Origin: Patellaria atrata CBS 101060
Taxonomy: Eukaryota
Direction of reading: 5' to 3'
Assembly (NCBI GenBank): GCA_010093705.1
Contig: MU006089.1
Span: 1,428,455 to 1,492,454 of the forward strand
Length of the DNA: 64,000 nucleotides
The translations under genes and the position numbers were made by a program. The notes under the pieces were generated by a model that was not told the origin of the DNA, did no database searches, and saw only the letters and a program-made list of their open reading frames with translations. Within the stretch, counting starts at the first letter, position 1. Each line of letters begins with the position of its first letter. Shown piece after piece: positions 12,777 through 23,706 of the stretch.

Positions 12777-13267
12777 CCCCCATATCTTAGATAGTACTAC
12801 CGAAGTACCTTATCCTCAAATTCTCCCCCGTCGCTACCCACCTCACAGCCCCAGCACAGAAGGGCGGAACTCTTCGCGTGATATACAGTAGATACCGTTA
12901 CAGTACATGGCTCACAGATGGCATTATCGCAGCGCGACAGCAGTATTTTCACTTGTGGCTCACATGCCCATTAACTCCGCTCGTTTCCGACCCGCAACCT
13001 GATCGAAAAAGAATTATCGGATCACTCGTCTACGAAACCCACCCAATCTCGTCTCAGAAGTGCAACTCACGCTGTCTATTGGGTTGCCACCACCAGGAGT
13101 TTCGCAGGAGAACTCAACACTCGCCCCTCCCGAGTCTCAATCGGATTTTTTTCTACCTCCAGGCATCACCTGCTGCGCACCATGCAGCAGAGTCTAGCCG
13201 TTGAGACATATATACGTAGTTGCGTCCGATAGAACCTACTACGCGCTGTAAAGAAAAACTAAAGGAC

Positions 13268-14314
13268 ATGTCACAGAGGGAATACCATATTGTGGTTCTG
13301 GGCTCAGGTATGCTGGCTTCCTGAACCTCTTAATTCGAAACTATCGAGCACATCTAAGGGAATGCTTTTGTTGCTGACGAGGACCCTGGAAAATCTACAG
13401 GTGGGGTTGGAAAGAGCTGTCTCACAGGTATGCAGAAACAGACAATATTACTCTCAACACATCAGAAGGAGAAGAAAGAAATTGCTGATGCGAATCAGCG
13501 CAATTCGTCCAAAATGTCTGGATCGAAAGTTATGACCCTACTATCGAAGATTCATATCGAAAAGCCATTGAGGTCGATGTGAGTTTCCGTCACTACTTAC
13601 GATTTCGGCATCCACTTATCAGTCACTTCTTCTAGGGACGACAAGTCATCCTCGAGATCCTAGACACAGCCGGAACAGAACAGTTCAGTGAGCTATCCTC
13701 CACCTTCAAAGTCAATGATATGGTCCGTCACTAACGAGTCTCATTAGCGGCAATGAGGTGACTACCACCTGCTCCCAAAGTTTTTAAAGAGACCGTAGAT
13801 ATCTAATAGTCTCCACCACAGAGAACTCTATATGAAGTCCGGTCAGGGTTTCCTCCTTGTTTTCAGCATCACGTCCCTTTCCTCCCTACACGAATTATCC
13901 GAACTACGCGATCAAATTCTCCGGATCAAAGATACGGATTCAGTGCCTCTAGTCCTCGTTGGGAATAAGTCGGATCTGGAAGAAGACCGAGCTGTATCTC
14001 GTGCGCGAGCATTTTCCGTCAGTCAGCAATGGGGCAATTGCCCATATTACGAAACCAGTGCCCGTAGAAGGGCCAATGTCGATGAGGTGTTTATAGATCT
14101 TTGCAGACAGATTATCCGTCGGGATATGGAACACTCGCAGAGAGAAGGAGGAGGCAGGCACAGAAGACATCATGGCGGTGGAGGATATGATAGGCACGAG
14201 GGATACAGAGATAGTGAAAGATACGATGATGATAGATATGGCCACCCTTCAGGCGGTAGGACGAGGAGACATAAAGAAAGGAAAAGGAGAAAAGACATGT
14301 GTACAATATTGTAA
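13268..14314 (+). CDS. RSR1: Ras-family GTPase Rsr1/Rap1 (Krev-1), 6 exons including a 10-nt micro-exon
   Basis: Splices to [44 protein letters not shown]...[19 protein letters not shown]...VGNKSDL...ETSA. Has the Rap-type T61 and CAAX box CTIL. Micro-exon CGGCAATGAG at 13748-13757. Confidence 0.95.
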
Positions 14315-14948
14315 AGGCGCTTAGAACTGTGGCCCGTGTCGCTCGATGCATTATTCCCTACTCAGGTGGGGGAGATATTGTTCAGTAAGACTTCCATGAT
14401 TTTGGTTATCTACGGTTCCTCTTTGTCTGGATTATAGGGGGAGTTTTGGGCTCATTTTATAGATTTCTACACTCTCGCGAGGAGGACATGCGATCTGCTA
14501 TTTGGTGTTTTCCCCCATTGCTGTCTTACTTGATTTCCTAGCTCACACGACGTCTACTAATGTTCACCGCAAAAAGCAAACATCATTCAACTCCAAGCAA
14601 GGATAAAGGAAGATGTCGAAACCTAACTACGATAACGTATACCCTTGTATTGATACAACGTACTGTACATTACATAAGCTGTTTCAAAAGTTTATACACA
14701 GCCTTAGGTTATGATTAAGGTACCTTAGGTTAGTGCGAGTTAAAATATCTGTATTTTGCCAAGATCTCCAGCTCCCTTAAATTGTTATCTCCATTCCTTC
14801 AGGTTCCAATCTTTCATTTCGACTTTATCCTGTTATCTATAACTGCACAGCCGCCCTCATAGGGCAGCAGAAATTAGTTGATAGGTAACAGACACGGATC
14901 TTCTCGTAAGTACTTTACTTGTCTTTTGAACTTTTCAAGAATATCTTT

Positions 14949-15665
14949 ATGGCAGAAACAACTCCTTTGCTCTCCGAAGTCCCTGAGCAAGGGCTCTTTG
15001 AATGACGTGGAGAGAGTAGAGGACAATGATGCCTCAACCACGCAAGCCATCTCGCCACACATCATCAGCGCGATTGTCCGCCTATCTGCATCTTCCATTT
15101 TGTTTTCTGCCTTGACGATCATCATGGTCATAGTCGCGTTTATCTATAATGCAAATTCAAGTGATTACTACCGTTGGAATCCTTACGAGGAGGAGCTAAG
15201 CATAACAGCTGGCTTTGTATGGAATAGTTTTCCTTAATTTTCTGCTTGTGCCTAACTTATTCCTCGATAGCTGTCCTCCCTTTCCTCTTTTCTGGCCTGA
15301 ACCTCACACGTGTTCGTGCAACCGGCGGTGCCCACTCCGTTCATTGGTTCCTTAATTTCCTTGTAGATGCGATACTTACACTCTTCTTCATCATTGAGGG
15401 TATCTCTACTATTGGTAGTATATCAACTAGCTATTATCTTGATTTAGAAGGAATCTTAAAAATCCTGGATTGCATTGCTTTCAGCTTTGCGCTGCTGGTT
15501 TGCTTGATCCACTTCGCCTTATTAGCAATACGAGCCCGTATTGCGTATCGAGGACAATACTGGAGGCAGCCGTGGACCTTTCCTGGCGGAGAGCTGACCT
15601 TATCTTTCACCGTTAGATTATTGAGACAAGAAGACGGAGAGAGACCTCGGGGGCCAAGGTCATAA
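14949..15665 (+). pseudogene. Small multi-TM membrane protein gene with two apparent compensating frameshifts
   Basis: MAETTPLLSEVPEQG frame stops at TGA 15003. The hydrophobic reading continues in the +1 frame. Intron 15217-15270 joins it out of phase with the TM-rich last exon. Confidence 0.55.
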
Positions 15666-18600
15666 TGGTCTGGTTGTCGACAAAGTGGTACAATCAATGT
15701 ACAGAGAGATTACGAGTATCTGAGCAAAATTGCCATGGCCTATTCCATTGCCCTCATTGAAAGAAGAAATTCTCGTTGATCGTCAAAATTTATGTACAGC
15801 ACCAGTCCTTCCCAGCTGGGGACCGTCGATTCTCTTTTGTATGATCATTAGTTTTCACTTGCACGCTGTTAAGTTTTACTTCTTTCTGTTGAAAGATGTC
15901 ATATAATGAATCATTTCCTGTTCTATCCGGTTTCCACACTAGCCTCCCTAATCACTTCTCATCATCTATGTGACTATATTCAGCTCAAAAATTATTCTTA
16001 TTCAAGAGTTACTTCAGCAGGAATAACTCTGTGAGATTTAGATCAGATCCACCCTCATCCTATATTAAACAGTAGCTATTCGGAGCCAGCAGCCGGTTAT
16101 AGGGCACCTTCATCTCAGTCATTTTCCATTATACCACCTTCTATGAATGCATTTATCTGAGCTTTTCCGTCCAAGACCACTCCACGAGTTCGTCAAGATC
16201 GCCGTGTCTAGAGCAATATGAGGCGGTCCGGCAAGAGTAGATTACATTCAAAAATGTAATAAAGGAGGACGATCGCCTTGTTGACTTTATTCAATTCCAG
16301 AGAATTCACATCCAAGATTAAACTATTGGTCACGATCAGCAGAGCTTTATCCCTCAATTAAGTTCACACGGTCTTGTGCATACCAAGAATCGATTTAGGG
16401 TTTAGTGTCCTTTCACTAGGCCTCTCTAAGGCGCAAAGGAGAAGATATCTCCCTGGATAACGGAATAGCGGTAGCTTGGTTCTATATCCCATCCGCCCTT
16501 CAACTTGATCCCTCGCTAAGAGTTACCATTCAACAGGTTCAGCATTCTATAACTAGTTTTCCTCACTTGCATCCCTACGTTCTCTTCTGTCCATCATTGC
16601 CAGTCAACTTCTCTTGGTCCAGGTTCCCTAATTGGCATGCTAGAGTTGGGTCCGTAACGTGGTAGAGCGTGACATTCTCGCTTTTGATTCATTTCGTATT
16701 ACGTTTACCATTATCATTCAGCCGAGCGGATGACATTAATCGAAAGAAAGGGGATAGTATTAGTCTTGTGAAGCGAACATATTCAGGGTTCCTAACTAAT
16801 TCTCCCGATCTCCACACCAACTATATTTTTCCTGGTGACATGGAAAAGTGCTAGTTGGTTTGAAAACGTGCGCTAGAAGACAAAGTTCAGCTTGTCTTGC
16901 GGCTTGATCTGACAAATGTTGATGTTTCGGATGCAAAAGAGCTCGATTCAATCTAGACCAGATAGTAATTTGTAGGGCTTGTCCCTCGCAATTAATCAAA
17001 AGCTATATCTAACTACAATAAAAACACGTTGTCATCATCGATCTTTTTTGATATCGATTTGTTCCTTAATGCTCTAATATGCTAGAGGTCACTCTTATCA
17101 CCTTCCTTCTCCCTGATTCTTATTCAGATCAATCTAAGATGACTCATCCTAGGAACGAGTACATATCTCGCACTTCCCTAATCACCTACAAATGAGGGTA
17201 AATGACCAACCATCCTTCGATAAATCAAAGCATATATATCCCCTTGAGGTAGGGATAGTCACGGCAATTTCTCACGGATGTAGGATTTCCCATGTAGAAT
17301 TATAACTTCAATACCTTTTCAACGTACTTAATCTGCTGGAAGAAATCAAAGAGAACATGGGTACAACTATCACTTGCTGTCGGAACATTTTGAATAGGGA
17401 TGCTTCTACGGCTGTTGTAGATACATACTAAAATCCGTATAAATTGCCCTTAGCACCCCTATAAGATATAATAGACTCTGTCCACTTGAATTCCTCCTAA
17501 CTAGAGGATCAGTAGATGTTTAAATTAGCTTAAAACTGGATATCCTACACTTCTTAATACCGTCACACTCGGATTAACTTCACCATATGATAGGTAGGGA
17601 CTAGGAGGAGTTGGAGACCGAAATCGAAACTTTCTGAGATCTTCTTTCGGACCAGGGATTTAGTAGTCTAGGAGCTCCATCCGAGCTCGATTCCATATAT
17701 TTTCCTCCCTATTCCACAACGCACTTTAAGGTTCGACGCTGGTCCTTAGGATTTCTCTATACTGCTTGGGGTTAGATGTACCGACTCCTTGAGGTTTAAA
17801 ACTGTCCTGTGTTGCTGAGGAAATAGGAACTAGAATATTGGAACATGAAATATAAGGCAACAGACAGCCGCTTTTCGGCTATGGCGGGTGAGAAAGAAGC
17901 TTCGGTACCGAGGATTCCGTCCGTTCTAGATACCGATTCCCAGAGGATACCGACAACCGGGATAGACCTGGTTCTCCTCACCTTCTTTTCAGCTTTCCTA
18001 ATAATAAATTCTTTGCATGCAATGCAAGTGCATCGGATTCCGAGTTGCGTATTCCGTAGATTCCTCGGGGATGCATTGCTCATTGAATTAAATCATCACC
18101 GCCATATTCACCGTGGTGACACGCACAGTGCTGTCACAACGATTTGCACTACTCGTTCGGAATTTGGATTGAGGGGAATGCCACTTGCATGCATGGAACA
18201 AAGAAAAGAGCTCCGTGACTCCGTGAAGTTGTTATCGGTCTTGAGAAAAGCCCTTAGACAGGTTTGAGATTCACGCAGTTCCAAATATAAGCCCAAAGCG
18301 AAGCGAAGTGGAAGTGCAATCACTGAGGTCGGCGAAGAGAAAATTGGCAATCAAAAAGATGATGGGAAGGATTTTGGGGATGTGAAAAGTATCAAATAGA
18401 TGACCTCTAGGAGCTCCCGAAAGAGGAAGCTGCATACGCCATCAGCCATCTAACTTACAGTACAAGTACAGTAGTACATGTACGCGCCCGCTACGAATGC
18501 AACTAGTCAGATGAATTGAGATACACTTAAGGTTTGCAAGCATCTGTTACAGATAGAGGATTGATATCTTAAGCAAATCTCAGAATGGGGCTCTAACAAC

Positions 18601-19005
18601 TGATTTTGCACCAGAAAATAATGCGTGGGGTGTTCGTGGGATACTCCGTACTTATCTGTGTCCGTGAATTATGGACGAATCACGTCCGTTTTCATATTGT
18701 CTTGGATCATCTACCATTACAGAGAACTTTGATCCTTTGCTGGTCGCCACCGGTGAGTAGGACTCTGCGCCGCGAGTGTTATACCGACCTGATATGAAGG
18801 AGATACGTTGCAACAACGCTCTGTAATCTGAGGTAGAATCACTAGAATGAATCGTCTTCTCGTCCACAATTTTCCCTGTAGCTTTGGAATAAGGTATGGT
18901 CGGGTACGGTGAAACGATTTTGCGTCTCTAACAGAAATCTAATTTGTCAAGAATAATTTTAAGATATAGGTTAGACATTACCAATTTTCCTCACAAATCG
19001 GATCA

Positions 19006-19108
19006 GGTCTTGTGGTCTAGTGGTATGATTCTCGCTTAGGGTCACCTAAGTTTCAATTTCATTCATTTGAAATGCGAGAGGCCCCGCGTTCGAGTCGCGG
19101 CAAGACCC
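19006..19108 (+). tRNA. tRNA-Pro(AGG) with a 31-nt intron
   Basis: Acceptor stem GGTCTTG/CAAGACC; D-arm TGGTCTAGTGGTATGATT; anticodon stem CTCGC/GCGAG with AGG at 19038-19040; intron 19042-19072; T-loop GTTCGAGT; oligo-T terminator downstream. Confidence 0.95.
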
Positions 19109-19519
19109 CGAAAGTTTGGTTCATTTTTTGATTGTTTTTTGCATCGCCTCTCTAAGAAATAAAAGGGATTACACAAATTCGATACCCTTTGATTTTCTTA
19201 TTCGTAGCGGGGATATTTCCTGCTATACTGTAGTAGCTCAAGCAACATAACTTTCAATGCACGAACCATACCGCTTTTTCTATCTTCTTTTGATGACGAC
19301 GGGGCATATTTGAAAGGTATTTATTGGTCTATCTATTATCAATCATGATCAATGTTTGCAATCCAACATTCCGACTTCAGAGCGAAAGAATTGCGGTGAG
19401 GACGCATGTAATTACATGTATTAGGACTAGTGTGTCCATAAACGCTAACTATGCAGCAGAGAAATCTTAAAACTCCCTTTTTCACCATGATTCCATGAAA
19501 GAAGAAACCACAAAGGAAC

Positions 19520-21356
19520 CTACGACGTGCGGCAAAGCCTCTTGTCGCTTCCTTCGGCCCAGTATTCACTACCGACGGCTTCTAAAGCGTAGAAAATGCT
19601 GTATGGGTCGTACTTCTTCTTGATCGATAAGAGCTTGTTGTAATTACTGCCGTAGAACACCTGCTGCCAGTTTGGCTGCTGGAAATCTGCCTCGTTTACG
19701 TATGATGCTCCGTTAGGGGTTAAAGAAGCTAACTGGGGAATGAGCTGGTTCGTCATGAGATCTTGATTCTGTAGATTCAGATTCCAATCCGTGTAGCTCC
19801 AAAATCTATAAGGAAGTTAATATACTGCGGGACTATGATAATCTTTTCCGGGATGAAATGATAGTACTTACGTGCCTACAACGACGCTAATGAGCGTATC
19901 GCGCCATGCTGGGTTCACAGAGTTCGAAGGGTGAGGTTTATCTACATTAAATGCAAGGCCAGAGATGAGAGCTCCGGCATCGTTGATATTTCGGAGTGCT
20001 TTCATCAGACCGCCAATGTTTTTCTTAACGACTGATCTTGGGATGAAACGGCCGCCCAGCTGAGCATTCGCGACAGCTGTTGGAGGGTTCATTGCATTAT
20101 AGCTATCCACATAGCTTGGGAAATCCGCAGAGTAATAAGCTGAAATAGCATCTTTAGTAAGGGGGGTTATATGAAATCTGAACAGAATGCTTACTGTAGG
20201 GGATACCACTACTCTTCAACTTTTTAAATGTTGGTGCCATCAGATCATCTAACTTCTTCTTCGTGAGTCCTGGCGCTGTGTTGGTCACAAGAGTGAAACT
20301 TTGGCTTGTGAGGTACCAGATGCTGAATACTCCGGCATCAACTATTGACGGCAGACTGGAGATGTAGGTCTGAACGGCCGAGTAGAACTTATCTTGTGAC
20401 ACTCCAGCATTTGTGAAGGTCATATTGCTAGCGGCAGTACGAAGGTCCGGATATGCTTTGATTGTGGCTGTGAAGACAACACCGTACGTGCCTCCCCCAC
20501 CACCGGATAGAGCCCAATACAGATCAGAGTTTTGGCTTGGTGTTGCAGTCAAGAGCTTCCCAGTACCTGTTACAACTTGCCACTCAAGTACCTGGTCTGC
20601 AGCCAGGCCGAACTTGGAAGCTACAGGACCGTGACCGCCTCCTTGGGAATATCCACCGACGGGTCCAACGCTGGGGCAATTTCCACCCACGACAACAAGA
20701 CCATTTGAGTGAGCAAAGTTTTGCAGGTCGCTGTTAAGAACTCCGGCACCAACTTTGATCGCCTTCCCGGTGTATCCGTTAGCTTTGTAGTTCACGAGTT
20801 CCACGCCCTTCAAGTTGTGAGTCCAGATACCCAAAGCTCCGGCCCCGGTGGATTTTCCAAGATAGTCGTGGCCGGTGTTTCGGATGACCAGCCGAATATT
20901 TTTGTCGTTGGCAAATTGAATAGCTTTTTGATAGTCTGCCATTTCTCTGGCGTTGACTGCGTATTGAACGTAAGTGCCAACGACGCACTGAGCTGATGTT
21001 GGGGTGAATGGATCACAGCTCTGATTCGCGAAGAAGGGGGCCATGATTGAAGACGGAGAATCAATGTGAGTGTATGGATCAGTCCATGCGGCCTGAATAC
21101 GAGCACATTCTGCGGCATTGTAGGGACCAAAGCTGCTGGAGTGACAAGGTGCGGCCAGTGGTCTTGTCGCAATGAGTCTTCCTCCAACCGTCTTGTTGAA
21201 GGCATTCCAATCAGTCTGTGATGGCCAACAGACGTCACCTGGGAAACATCGACATCGTGGAGTGCGGCTCTCAAGCTGCTGTGACTGTGGAAGGGCAAGG
21301 ATGGATGTGATCAGAGAGAGTAATAGAAATAGGGAACGGAGAGGTAGGAGAAGCAT
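19520..21356 (-). CDS. Secreted FAD-linked oxidase, berberine-bridge-enzyme/VAO family (isoamyl alcohol oxidase/ZEB1-like), 3 exons
   Basis: Signal peptide; CRCFPGDVCWP; RNTGHDY (FAD-attachment His); GGNCPSVG (possible second attachment Cys); WALSGGGGGTYG; BBE C-terminus YVNEAD..FYGSNY.KL..IKKKYDP. Introns 20140-20194 and 19806-19871. Confidence 0.92.
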
Positions 21357-21801
21357 TTTTGTTCGGGACGAGGGAGGGAAAGGCTAGACGTGAAAGAAAG
21401 GAAAGCAAGAGGAAGATGAGGAAGTAATAAAGGGTAACATGAGCTGTTCCCCGCGCTTGGAACGGACTGTTTGGGAAGCCACGTGTGGACGACTGTCCCA
21501 TGCGCCTGGTGTATATGGCATTGTGGCACGAATTGAAGTTGCCATAGTGGTAGGTGCTACCCTTAGCTCACCAGCCTTCTTACTACCTGCTTCCAGCTTT
21601 CTTCTTTTGGTATGCGGCGACGCGGCTACAACGCCTCTTGGGCAAGCGAAAAGCAGAGCACAGGTAGCAGTCAACGGTGGCGCTTTCCTTGTGTGTGGGG
21701 GGGAGAGGGGAAAGAGAAGGAGCAGACTTTTGGGGAAATACCCTTTAAGGTAGCCTATGTAAGACTAAGGTAGAAGTGTTCCTGTCGGATATGTGGTAGA
21801 C

Positions 21802-21835
21802 TACCTACCTTACCTACCTTACCTACCTTACGGTA
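21802..21835 (+). repeat. (TACCTACCT)3 tandem repeat ending in TACGGTA
   Basis: Read directly from the sequence. Confidence 0.9.
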
Positions 21836-22434
21836 TGATCGTACTGTCAGGGTTCTGCGGTGTTACAGTATGAGGATGTGAAATTGAGTTCTAAAGTGAG
21901 ATCAAGATTTCCGACAAGGGTTTCGAGGTTTCAAAAAAAATCGACCGGAGATAAGGTCAGATGTATATCCTTGCGGCCACGCAAAACTGGCTGCAGATGG
22001 AATGGTCGGTAGATAGGCTCACGCATGGACTGGGTGCATAAGGTGTGTGCGGTAAGGTGCTTTGTAGAAGCCCAGCAAGTGAAGGTACCTTAGGGTAGAG
22101 TAGTAAAGAATATTTTTTAGTGTGTCCCGTCAAATCTCGGTCGAGTTTCTGTCGGTCGTCCTTTTCGGAAATCTTTAAGGCCACGGCCTTTGATATGAGT
22201 GGCGTCGGTGGCGTTTTAAAGCTGATGGGATGGAGTGAAAGTGGAGGTATGGTTGAGGTAAGGTTCATTTAATTGATAGTTTGATAGGTAGGTTGATACC
22301 TTATTACGGTACTCATAGGTAGTCAGTTCCTCATCGCTCTTGCTCTCGCTAACCCTTCGTAACCTCTCTTTCCTTCAAGCCTCAATACAGTAATAGTCCT
22401 ACCTTACCGTACTAGACATTACGGAAATCAGGTA

Positions 22435-23706
22435 CAGTCAGCCACAAGAAGTCAACGTCCATGCGCCGCTATCACGTGATTGAAGCGAATATTTTTCATA
22501 ATTTCTTCTATTCTTCCTCCTTTTCTATTATAATAGCTATTTAAAATATTATATAAATTAAAAATAGTTTATTAAAAGCTTATAATTAAATAAATAAATA
22601 ATAATATAAAAATAATAATATAAACTTTCTATTATATAAATTATTTAAGTTTTAAAATTATTATTAAAATTTTAATATTATATTTTAACTATTTAATATA
22701 TTATTATATAAATAAAAAAAAATTTAAAAAAGTTTTAAAAAAAATTAAAAGTTTATTAATTATATATTAAACTTTAATTATCTTTTTAAATAAATTTATT
22801 ATTATTATAGCCAAAAGTTATAGAAACATGTAGTGGGCAAGTGGGGAAGGAATCCACCACTCGGCACAATCACGGGAGGAAGTCAGTGCCACGAAGGTCA
22901 CGTGATGTGATCGATAGTCGAGTGCTCGAAGGGTTATCGAGCAGCGAACATTGAGCACATCAAATAGGACTGTGAAGAAGGAATATCTAAGGACGCTCCT
23001 TTACACATGTATTTAGATTCTTCGCAGTTCTTCTTACCAACTAATTTAGATGTTACGATTTTAACTTACCTCACCTTTGTCATACTATGTTTGTACAATA
23101 TCACTTGTCTCTATTGTGAAGCCTTTGAGAGAGAGTTAAGGGGAAGCAAGTCATACCGTTGACTTGAAGTGTAAACCTTTACACGTTCTATCCCGAAGCG
23201 GAAACCTAGCCTTCTAGGAAGGAAGTCTCTCACCTATGAGAAACCTTGCGCGTGTTTATCTGGTTTCGGCTTAGAGAAGTATAAACTCCCGTTAGTAATA
23301 ATTATAGAGTTCTTACTATAAATTGAAATTAATAATAAATTGATATTAATATTTATATTTTTTATATTAAAATAGTTTATTTAATTTTTTAATTTAAATT
23401 TAATAAAAATTTTTAAAATTCAAATTTTAAAAAAAATATTATATTAATTTTAAAAATAAATAAATTTAAAACCTTTTAATTAAATTAATTATATTATAAT
23501 ATAAAAGAGAAATATAAAATAATTATTAAAGTAAATAATAAATTATTAAATTATAAAATTATTAATATTAAATTTACTATTTTTCAATATAATTAATAAT
23601 CTAATAGCTTATTAACTTAATATATTATATTTATATAAAGCTAGTAGGGTTAATATAAGCGGGATATATAAGAATGGCACGGATGTTAACTTTCTATAGC
23701 TAACTG
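22435..23706. mobile_element. Non-autonomous, RIP-degraded Tc1/mariner DNA transposon
   Basis: Left end CAGTCAGCCACAAGAAGTCAACGTCCATGC; right end (reverse complement) CAGTTAGCTATAGAAAGTTAACATCCGTGC. These ~30-bp TIRs differ only by transitions. TA duplication at 22433-22434 and 23707-23708. Interior 22520-22810 and 23295-23640 is almost pure A/T. Confidence 0.85.
22829..23183 (+). mobile_element. LTR-like sequence (355 bp) nested in the DNA transposon, followed by ~105 bp of possible internal leader
   Basis: Normal-GC island inside AT-rich DNA. Starts TGTAGTGG and ends CCTTTACA (imperfect terminal inverted repeat). No matching TSD (AAACA vs CGTTC). Confidence 0.55.

Noticed and set aside
17960..18390. 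Possible F-box-like pseudogene on the minus strand (LPIIFLIANFL..., CTCIACKEF)
   Set aside because: Needs several frameshifts; too weak to support without a search.
22500..23640. AT-rich blocks as centromere or mitochondrial insertion
   Set aside because: Bounded by TIRs and a TA duplication; a RIP-mutated transposon explains them better.
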